From Epithemia pelagica (Eukaryota > Protista > Bacillariophyta): a stretch of 64,000 nt of DNA. The notes beneath the pieces were generated by a model. It worked only from the letters and a program-made list of their open reading frames with translations, ran no database searches and had not been told where the DNA came from. This document shows, one piece after another, positions 33,619-42,486 of the stretch; within the stretch, counting starts at the first letter, position 1; every line of letters starts with the position of its first letter. The stretch lies in NCBI GenBank assembly GCA_946965045.2, contig OX337229.1, positions 2,852,001 through 2,916,000 of the forward strand, in the 5' to 3' direction. A program made the position numbers and the translations under genes.

Positions 33619-34398
33619 TTAAGCTTCGGTCTCCGAATCCCCACTCTCTTCCGAATAATCAGAGTCGTTTCCAGGCTCAGATGGGGCAGCACAAGCAACA
33701 GAAGAAGGGGTATCACCTTCAGCCAAGTGGTTCTCGACCTCGGTACGCAAAGGGAAGATAGTTGCACGATGGTCCTCGATGGTATGGACCTCGTGGATGT
33801 AGGCAACGTAGTTATCTAGGCGTACAACGTTAGGAGGCAGAGGGCAAGTCGTCGCGTTCACGACGTAGATGGTATTGTAGTATCCAGTTGGGCGCTCGAA
33901 GGTTAGGAAGCGGAGGTGGACAGTACGGATGGGGTTGCCCGAGAGGGCGGCCAAGATGAGGCGACGCCTCGGAGAGCGATGAAGTTGGTCGTTCAGACGT
34001 TCAATGTCTTCTTGGTCGACGATGTGGGTCACCGATTGGAACTGGCGTTCGATCTGGGTCTCCCCACGGATGATCTCGGGATCGAAGGTCGAACAAGTTG
34101 GTTGACGGAAGTACTTGATATGATCAGCAATCAACCGGGTGGTACGACGGGATCGAGAAGGGACGAGCCGACGAGGCGGACTCGGGGGCCGAAGCAACGG
34201 CGCAGGGATCGGAGCGTGAGGCTGGGTTGGAGTCTCGAATGGGTTGCTGTTGGAACTGTCGACGGAGATGTTGACCGATGTGTTGGCTGCCTTCGGCATC
34301 GGCACCAGTTCCTGCTGCACCAGGGTATCGGGCTGCCCGGGATGCAGGTTGGCTCGATAGATCTGTCGTACAGGAGTGATAAGCTCGTTAGTATCCAT
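33619..34398 (-). CDS. Extra ORF (ORF0, 259 aa, unknown function) between the 5' LTR and gag
   Basis: Stop-free, same sense as gag-pol. First ATG after the PBS is at 34398; the frame is also open from an LTR ATG at 34464. Pro/Arg-rich N-terminal half, mixed-composition core, acidic tail. Confidence 0.65.
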   Translation of the reverse strand: MDTNELITPVRQIYRANLHPGQPDTLVQQELVPMPKAANTSVNISVDSSNSNPFETPTQPHAPIPAPLLRPPSPPRRLVPSRSRRTTRLIADHIKYFRQPTCSTFDPEIIRGETQIERQFQSVTHIVDQEDIERLNDQLHRSPRRRLILAALSGNPIRTVHLRFLTFERPTGYYNTIYVVNATTCPLPPNVVRLDNYVAYIHEVHTIEDHRATIFPLRTEVENHLAEGDTPSSVACAAPSEPGNDSDYSEESGDSETEA

Positions 34399-34419
34399 GA
34401 AACCACAAGGAAATAGCTT

Positions 34420-34433
34420 TGAGACTGTTAATC
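34420..34433 (-). promoter_or_regulatory. Putative primer-binding site complementary to a tRNA-Asn(GUU) anticodon arm
   Basis: Directly internal to the 5' LTR. The + strand reads TGAGA-CTGTTAA-TC, i.e. anticodon stem, GTT loop and start of the 3' stem. There is no TGG (CCA complement). Confidence 0.6.
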
Positions 34434-35216
34434 TGTTACAATTCTCTTGGAATTGCAGAGGCATTGATGCTCGGTAGAGCAGACAATCAGGTAGGTCACC
34501 AACCGATACAAGCTTCTCAGGGTCAGAGAAGCAAGCAAGTCAAAGTCTATCAGAAGGATAGTCGGGACACAAAAGAAGATGTGATAAATGGTGATATTGT
34601 TAGATTGTGTGTTGATTACTACGATAGGTCTACGTGAAATGTTCGGTCCTGCCAAGGGTCATGTGTCATAGGTTCTTGGCGGCAACAGGTTTGGAATAGT
34701 TGGAGTCGATTCATGTGATGTATATGACATGTATATGTGGACGGATAACATATACAGGGTCAACAGCTCTTGCTTTGGGTTGGCATAGTTGTTTTCATGG
34801 CGCGCAGCTTGTTGACAATTTGGAGATTGTGGGAATGGAAATATGGTCTCGCGTGATCGTGTGTCGTGCTTGGGATACTTAGACCGTTGGGTTGGATAGA
34901 TGCCGACAGCGCTCGGATGTCGCTTGGGCGCGCTCGATGATTTCGGGCGTGTACGCTTAGGGCGTTAGTATAATGTCCGAGCAACGGCCAAATTTACGTC
35001 CGTTGTAATACCGCACGACCCAGTTTAGTCTTGAGAGTGAGTTCGTCAATCTATTCTCACTTTTCATGATTTGCGAAGAAATATAGGTCGATATAGCGCG
35101 AAGCTAGGGAACATAGCTCGAAGCTAGATGGCATGATGCGATAGCACGAGGCTATGTGACATGGGGAATCGATGATATGTAGAATCTAACCACCATAGAC
35201 GGTGAGAATTCTAACA
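34434..35216 (-). repeat. 5' LTR of the Copia element
   Basis: Direct repeat of 26834-27616 with TG...CA termini. Confidence 0.97.
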
Positions 35217-36207
35217 AAGACGCTCTAATTCTGATTGACGGTCATCCTCTTGCTGCCTTCTACGATGGAGCAATAAAAACAACAAGTCTTCCTCTTCGTC
35301 GTTCATGGTTATTACAAACTACTCTACGCTCTAACGAAGCTACGAAAGGAGATGAACGAAACGACGACGCCCTGTCTTACGCATGGAGAGAGCTACGTGC
35401 AACGTCCGCGGTGGAGGTGGAAACAATTTGGCTTCCTGGGGGAACGGGGGTCCAAAAGGCGCGAAATTGCATATAGAGATATCGCGAGTTGAATACTCTA
35501 TATCGTGCGTTGAGTGCGGCGTGCGCTGTAATTTTGGTCTCACTGGTTAGGTGTTGGGAATTCAGTAGTGTTCACCGTCTTAAACATATTTTCAAATTTT
35601 GGTTCAATTATGTTTAAGAGTCCGCTCTCGATAAGTTTGTGTATTGCAGTAGAGTCCCAGTGCCAGGAGCTTGTGTTGATACTCCTAGAGGTGCATTGCA
35701 CCATGTGTGTGTATTTCATGGTGTGTGTGTGATGATTCCGTGAAGCTTGATCCACTACTACGTAAAGAGTAAAGAGTACTCGCTTCTGAAACAGTATCGA
35801 CTTTAGAGTACAAAATGGGCTTGTAGATTTCTCTGTGCATGTCTCGTCAAGTCTCACGGCTCACGGTTCCTGTTTCCCATTCATGAGCGCAAGCGGCTAC
35901 ACAATAGGGCGAAGCCAGTTATTACAGTTGGCTTGGACGTTATAATAATGTGCTAAATCAAAAGAAATTTCAAAGAAATAATTTTTACATTTTTTAGGAA
36001 AATTTGGGAATAACCGTATGGACAGCAGACGGGAGGTACCCCCGCAATCGGAGGGCTTGGGTCCATTCCAACAATCGGTAGTTATGTTGTGGGATGATAA
36101 GAGATATGAGTAGAATGGTTATTACTACTAAGGCCATGTTCAGAAACAAGAGGACATTACATCGAGAGTTAGAGGTTGGAGCAGTTGGCAGGGTCTCGTA
36201 TCTTGTA

Positions 36208-38802
36208 CTAGAATCGTTCGAAGATCTTCTTCTCGGAATTCTTAAGAGGTGGATACTTTTCAGAAAGCTTATCATCCATTGAACTCCAATCCTCGAAGTT
36301 AGAGGAGTCCAGAGGATCGGTAATGTCCGGAACAAAGGGAGCACGAATTTCTTTGTGTCGAAGCTTACCAAAGTCAATGTGCTTAAACCAAGGGTGCCAG
36401 AAAATTTCTTCCAACCCATGTGCGCGGGAACCCAAGCGCTTGCGGGGATTCTTCTCCAAGAAACCTGTGATGATGGAACTGGCATCATGAGACATGGACC
36501 TCGTCAGGTGTACTTTATCTTGCACGATTGCACGGAACAGATCCATCTGGTCCATGTGTTCCTCATAAAAGGGAGTGTAACCCGTAAGCATCTCGAAGAT
36601 CAAGATACCCAGACTCCAGTGGTCCACAGCCCAGTTATGACCACGATTAAGAATGATTTCTGGAGCTAGGTAAAGAGGTGTACCACAGAAGGTAAATGTC
36701 CTGATTGTCACATGCTTTGCGAAACCAAAGTCCGCAATCTGTGGGAAAGATCCATTTCTGAGCAATTTTTACGTGTGCCGAGAAAGTCACAACAAATCTC
36801 CGGTGCACTTACAATTGGGTATCCTTCGTTGCTGATCAAGACATTTTGAGGTTTCAAATCGCGGTAGACGTAGCCATTGCGATGCATGTAGCACAAGCCC
36901 TCAGCTATCCCGGCAGCGTAGAAACACGCTTCTTTGTCTGAGAGACAGTCTCTCTTTTCGTTATGCATGATACCTTCCAGTTCACCTCCTTGAACTAATT
37001 CCATCAACATATAGACGAACCGATCATCCTGATCAAGATAGGGAAGAGTCATATTAGCGACCAGATTCGTGAATACCAAGAGAATCTTCTTTCTCCTCTT
37101 TTCGGCTTACCTTAAAGGCTGCAACAAGACTGCAAACCAAGGGATGATGAAGCTCCGTCATGATCTGTTTCTCATGCACCACACCTTTGGCCTGGTGATT
37201 ACGAACCAATTCGTACATGGACTGAATCTTGAGAGCATAAACGCGTTGTTTTCCAGTTGAAGTCTTTCGTGACACTAACCAAACTTGACCAAAAGTCCCC
37301 GCTCCAAGAATTGTGTGTCTTTGAAAATCTTCAACGGATAGAGTCGACATTGACTTTATGCTGTCAGCTTTCGACGGTAGACCTTTTCCAAGATAGGTAG
37401 TATCGAAGACCATCCGACAGTCGGCCAACGTCAGCCTCCCCAAGATGACATCAGATGTAGCCTGTACAGTGTATGGGGCTTTCACAGTAGTGGGCTGATT
37501 GGGTGAGTTCTTACCCGTTTTGGCATCGAGCACCAACATTTCATCACCAAACAATCCAACCTCGTCCATGCTAACATCTTTTGTCACCGACTTTAAGTGA
37601 ACCGAACCCTTTCTAACAAAGTACATGGCTGCTTCAGTGATCTCTCCAGTTCTCATGACATATTCTCCCTTCTTGAAGTCGACAGCTTTAATATACTTGA
37701 CAAGAGAATCCAACATCTTGTTGTTTAAGTTGGTGTCATGGATTACCTTCACCGCGGCCTGTTCACAAAAGAAGGGATTAGTTCCTATAGACTATACATG
37801 CAACACATACATGAGCATTAACTTTCAACGCACCAACCCTTTCCTTCCCAAGCTGCGAGCGGCAGCATCTTTCATGTTTCCTACAGCTTCAACAAGACTC
37901 TCTTTATCAATAACGAACGCTCGTCCATCGGCCAGAGCAGTGCAGTTTGCAAACACCGGTGTACCTCTCAAAATTGCTTGTTCACCGAAATAATCGCCAG
38001 CCTCCACTTTGATGTCTTCCAGCTTTTTCCCGGAAACCTCTATATTAGTAATCTTTAGTTCGCCATCTTCGATGATCCAGAACAACTCAGCTTTCTGGCC
38101 CTTCGTCATGACATGATCTCCTTTCTTGAACACCTTGAGGGTCATATTGTCAACCAATTTCATTTTATCTTCCTCCGACAAACTTGTGAGGAACGACACA
38201 TTTTCCAATCGCTCACGCTTTCGTAGTTCAGCTGTATGAACTTGATGTTGATAAATCATTCGGAACGTTTTTTGATCAACACGGAAAAGAACAACAGGTT
38301 CAAGGGCCGTAACAGTTGCAGCGCGTGGAGAGCTGTACATAAGAGCAAGTTCACCGAACGAATCTCCCTTTCCCATGGTTGCGACAGACTTGCCATCCAC
38401 AGCTATACCACATTTCCCTTCGGCAACAACGTAGAAGTAATCACCCAGGTCACCTTGTTGGATAATTACATCGCCCTTTGGACACTCTGACTTTTCCATC
38501 GCATCAACCAAAGGCATCAGTTCACGAGAGCTCAGATCAGTGAACACGAAATTGTGTTTTAGAGCTTCAAGCAGAAACTTTGTTTCCTCCTCTGACTTTA
38601 GATAGACGGGTGCTTTGTAGCTGGAACCGGTAAATTCTAGAGGGGCAGCAAACACATTGACCAATCGGCGCCCCCCATGTTTCACAGGTGCGCCAATCTT
38701 GCCAGCAAGGGCCTTGACGCCCTTGAACGGTCGATTGAGGAGCTTGGCAGTTTCCGTTCGTAGTTTCGAGAGCCCCGGTCCGTGCTGTTGATGTTGAGTC
38801 AT
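36208..38802 (-). CDS. Cyclic-nucleotide-dependent protein kinase (PKG-like: cNMP-binding domains fused to an AGC kinase); introns 37759-37833, 37029-37110 and 36739-36812; about 787 aa
   Basis: Four track ORFs join at GT-AG junctions with consistent phase. GDSFGELALMYSSPRAAT, GDYFGEQAI, LFGDEML, LGAGTFGQVWLV, YRDLKPQN, IADFGFAK and FCGTPLYLAPE. Confidence 0.92.
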
Positions 38803-39570
38803 TTTTTCTTCGGAACCTGACGAAACACGCGAAATGTGTGAGCACTGAGCACAGAAACTAGCTTGATGAAGCACAATTCGACACCGATGGAAACAATGAT
38901 ACCTTCACGCGAGTTTCGTTATACAGCTATTGTGAATCTTCGGATCCTTCCTTCAGGCGTAAAGCAAGATACGTTCGGTCGTTCAATGTGGACCTTGCCG
39001 AAAAATCTTTCGTCGATCATTGTTGATCACGGATATGAATACTCCCCATTGTTGGTTGTCATCCGATTTCTGATAGCAATAGTTGCATTTCCAGAATCAA
39101 AATGCTGGAGAAATCTATGGATTTTGAAGACAGTCTCAAGACTTATCTCAGACATATATACGACAAGAAGACCGTATACTACTTAGGTCATTGTACTTTT
39201 ATCCACTGTACTCGTGCTCTGGATACCAGAAGGGAAAGTGCTAGAGTGCTAGCCCCGGAAGCTGGGGCTTATGTGGTCGACAGCTGCCAGCTGCTTTTTG
39301 GTACTCGTCCTCGTACTCTTGAATTGGGTGCACGTGAAGTGTGAAGCTGTGTCCGAGGCGGACAATGTCGATTGTCGATTGTCGATTCTGTTGCAAGAAG
39401 ATTTTCAATCGCCGTTCAGCGCGCTGTCCCACCTTGCCGTGCTTACGGCAAAAGCTCGTGTAGTCTTGGGATACCCCACCGCTCTGTTGCTTGTGCGAAA
39501 GGAAACAAACGAAAAGGGAAGAACGGTATCGGTGGTCTTGAAGAAGACAACGAGAAAGAAGTAATAGAAA

Positions 39571-41068
39571 ATGGGTGGTTGCGGATCCAAAAGTGACACA
39601 CCGGCGACGACCACAGGAGGCGGCGCCAGCCATGGGGTAAGATTGTTAGACTATGAAAGGGGTATTTACGACTTACGACAAGATCTCTAATGTGTAGTGT
39701 CTTTCTCTGTTCTCCTCGAATCACGATCCTGCGTTTATTTTGCAGCCTGCCTCAAGTGGTGCCACACAAGAAAATGGCGGTGGTTCCAAACCGAAATTTA
39801 GTGACCAGTACAGGCTTGGAAAGGAGGTGAGTTATTTTTTGTCATACCATAGAGGACGGCCATCTTGGAGGTGCTGGATACGGCCCCCGTTTGACGAACC
39901 TGACAGCGTTCATTCTTTTCGCTCTTTCTTTCAAATGCCACGTACTCCTGGAATCAATATTAAACCATCTATTAGCTTGGATCAGGAGCTTTTTCAGTTG
40001 TCAAGGAGGGGTCAAGTAAGACCACTGGAGAATCGTACGCTATTAAGATCGTCACGAAGAGCAAACTCACTCATGAGGACGAGGCCGCTCTCAAAGATGA
40101 AATAGCTGTCTTGCAAGAAATGAAACATCCAAATATCATTCGGCTGTACGATGTATTCAACGAAAAGGAGTATTATTACCTTGTGACAGAAAAAATGAGT
40201 GGAGGAGAATTGTTTGATCGCATTGTTCAAAAGTCCTATTACAATGAAAAGGAAGCAAGAGATACGTGTGTGATTCTTTTCCGGGCGATGTCGTATTGCC
40301 ACAGTAAAAAGGTTGCTCATCGTGACCTGAAGCCAGAGAATCTCCTGTTGTTGGTGGGTGAAAATTTTGAAGGGCTTTCGTGTCTATTTCCTGGTCTCTC
40401 ACTTTTGAACTCTGTTCTTTTTGCAGTCCACTGACAGTGATTCAAACATCAAGATTGCTGATTTCGGCTTTGCCAAGCGATGTTTGAAACCTGCGTCGTT
40501 AACAACACAATGTGGGACACCTGGGTATGTCGCGCCTGAAATTTTGGAAGGTACTCCATACGATACCCAGGTGGACCTTTGGTCTCTCGGCGTAATTGTG
40601 TACATTTTGCTTGGTGGTTATCCACCATTCATTGAACAAAATCAGCGCGATTTGTTTCGCAAAATCCGGAAAGGACAATATGAATTCCACGAAGGTGCGT
40701 GTGAATCTTTTCAAAGCTTCATCTCCCTCAGGGATATCGCTAACACCGTTTCTTTTCCTTGTACTTTCCCTCTCTCATCTTTCATATAATTAGAATACTG
40801 GGGACAAGTCTCAAAGGATGCGAAGGATTTGATTTCGGCTCTTCTCACTGTTAGTCCATCCAGTCGACTTACCGCTGATCAAGCACTGAAACACCAATGG
40901 GTCGTACAGAGTGATGACTACCTCATGTCGCAGGACTTAGGTGTCAACTTGGAAGCTTTCAAGAAGTTCAACGCGAAGCGCAAATTCAAGGCAGCCGTAA
41001 AAACCGTCATGGCGGCGAATAAGCTGACCTCTTTAGGAATCAATTTCAGAAAGGATTTGGAAGAGTAA
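39571..41068 (+). CDS. Ca2+/calmodulin-dependent protein kinase (CaMKI-like); exons 39571-39636, 39746-39826, 39976-40353, 40427-40694 and 40794-41068
   Basis: Spliced product MGGCGSKS...LGSGAFSVV..YAIKIV..HRDLKPENLLL..IKIADFGFAK..CGTPGYVAPE..FKKFNAKRKFKAAV (CaM-binding tail). All junctions are GT-AG and in phase. Confidence 0.92.
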
Positions 41069-41335
41069 AGAGGAGGGGAAGTGGAAACTAAAACAGCATC
41101 GCAATGTTGATGGAAGGCCCCTCGTAGACTATTCGTTTTTTGTCGCACAAAAGGCGACTCTCATGGAAATGTGCAACAATGAAGTAGATTTCTTAAAGGA
41201 CCCCGCGGGTTATTTGTTCAGTATCTACATGGTGAAAATTCAGCATGTATCGCCTTTGTGTTTGTGTAGGATTGGAAAGAGGGTGTTCTCTGTAGACAAC
41301 ACACATTTTTTCTTTGATATTTGCTCTTGTATGTT

Positions 41336-42151
41336 TCATCTACCCTCATCTGTAGCTTCCAAATCAAGGATCTTGGCGGCAGTTATTTGCAATCCAAAAA
41401 ATGAGAACACAACCAATTTGTCATCCACGTACAGAATAGGGAAGAATGACAAGGGTTCGATAAAGCCAATCATTCCCAATTCTTGAATCCATGTGGCAAA
41501 ATCACCCTTTTCGGGAACTGTGGGCCGTTCCGTATTCCCAATGTTCCACCAGCACTTGTCCCATACGATTCTCACCAAGGGTGGTTGTTGATTGTTCAGG
41601 TCGCCGTTGTTTTCTTCGTCGAGTCGGTAGGTTCCGGATGTGCACAACCAGCCTTGATAATCGCCCAAGAAACTTTGGTAACGCACATATGATGCCATGG
41701 TTCCATCAGCCGTCAAACAATACTCGATGGGCCGGAATTTGGCCAAGGCAAACTTGGCCAAAAACCAAAGGTGGGGAGCATGGACGACCCGCCATGTTCC
41801 GGCGACTTGGACTGGCTCAAAGGACCGAAAGTTGTTCGATGCGAAAGCTCCTGAGTTCGCGTTCTGGTTGCTCTCTTCCTCTTGTAAGCAAATCGACAAT
41901 AGATTACTGATATAGCTTCCAAGTTCGCTATCGTTTAATTCAATGCGACTGTTCTGATCGGCTCTTTGGTCATCTTGTAATAACCGATCCGCAATTTGCT
42001 TCCGAGCTTGGACAACTTTTGGATTGATGACTGCACTGCTTGGACCGAAAGCGTCACAGAAGTACCACTTTCCCGGCGATAAAAACGTAGGGACAGCAAC
42101 GATCAAGATGACAAACCGCAAGGTGAGCATCGGTAATGGAAATGGAAGCAT
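41336..42151 (-). CDS. Probably plastid-targeted protein, possibly PAP/fibrillin-like
   Basis: Hydrophobic signal peptide ending CDA-FGP (ASAFAP-like); VAGTWRVVH resembles the lipocalin/fibrillin GxW motif. The family call is weak. Confidence 0.5.
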   Translation of the reverse strand: MLPFPLPMLTLRFVILIVAVPTFLSPGKWYFCDAFGPSSAVINPKVVQARKQIADRLLQDDQRADQNSRIELNDSELGSYISNLLSICLQEEESNQNANSGAFASNNFRSFEPVQVAGTWRVVHAPHLWFLAKFALAKFRPIEYCLTADGTMASYVRYQSFLGDYQGWLCTSGTYRLDEENNGDLNNQQPPLVRIVWDKCWWNIGNTERPTVPEKGDFATWIQELGMIGFIEPLSFFPILYVDDKLVVFSFFGLQITAAKILDLEATDEGR

Positions 42152-42486
42152 CGTTATTATATTGGTTTCTTTATTTCTTTAAACTCTGGGAGTTTGGGGA
42201 GTCCGAATCATGTCGATGTCGTGGTCAGAACGATGATGTCGTGCTCTTTCCGTTCGTCTGGAAGGAGGGGACGACACGCGCGAGCGCCTGAATGGTTCCC
42301 ATTATGATGAGTGTGCGAGGGATACGCGTGCATGTCCTCGCGCGCGATGCGTGCCGAGAAGGTATGGAAGTAGAAGCTCGCTCCACAAAAGCCAGATCCC
42401 GCCATTTGGCACAATGCACAATGGATTGAACGAATTCTGATTTTGTGCGCTTTCGTTTGACAGAAAGGACTTCCAAGTTCTAGATC

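Larger units (their letters stand above)
26834..35216 (-). mobile_element. Full-length Ty1/Copia LTR retrotransposon (CoDi-like), 8383 bp
   Basis: Two 783-bp LTRs with TG...CA ends, 5-bp TSD AAGAC (26829-26833 and 35217-35221), PPT GTGGGGAG next to the 3' LTR, and a single gag-pol ORF in PR-IN-RT-RH order. Confidence 0.98.
25725..35306 (-). pseudogene. Harbinger DDE (DDE_Tnp_4-type) transposase, split by the Copia insertion and by an in-frame TGA at 26331-26333
   Basis: Removing 26834-35216 and one AAGAC joins ATG 35306 MNDEEEDLLFLLLHRRRQQEDDRQSELERL to RRHLRSGGIGRG. Downstream: YPVL*NVWGAMDGLKVP, NAPGSWHDS, VVVDSAF and RQLSEWGMNGLQASFPRL. Confidence 0.9.
24120..35658. mobile_element. PIF/Harbinger DNA transposon, about 3.15 kb once the nested Copia is removed; defective
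   Basis: 18-bp TIR GGGACTCTACTGCAATAC (24120-24137 / 35641-35658), 3-bp direct repeat AGT on both flanks, and two convergent ORFs (Myb/SANT-like and DDE transposase), the canonical Harbinger layout. Confidence 0.9.

Noticed and set aside
33916-34416. 166-aa plus-strand ORF antisense to ORF0
   Set aside because: It starts at a non-ATG codon, has no motifs and is expected by chance in GC-rich sequence. ORF0 is longer, sense to the element and starts just after the PBS.
34415-34440. Possible tRNA-Asn gene
   Set aside because: Only the anticodon arm is present, with no acceptor stem, T-arm or clear D-arm; interpreted as a PBS instead.
39102-39633. Several 70-130 aa ORFs between the two kinase genes
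   Set aside because: No motifs; the region is better explained as divergent promoters, 5' UTRs and the CaMK first exon.
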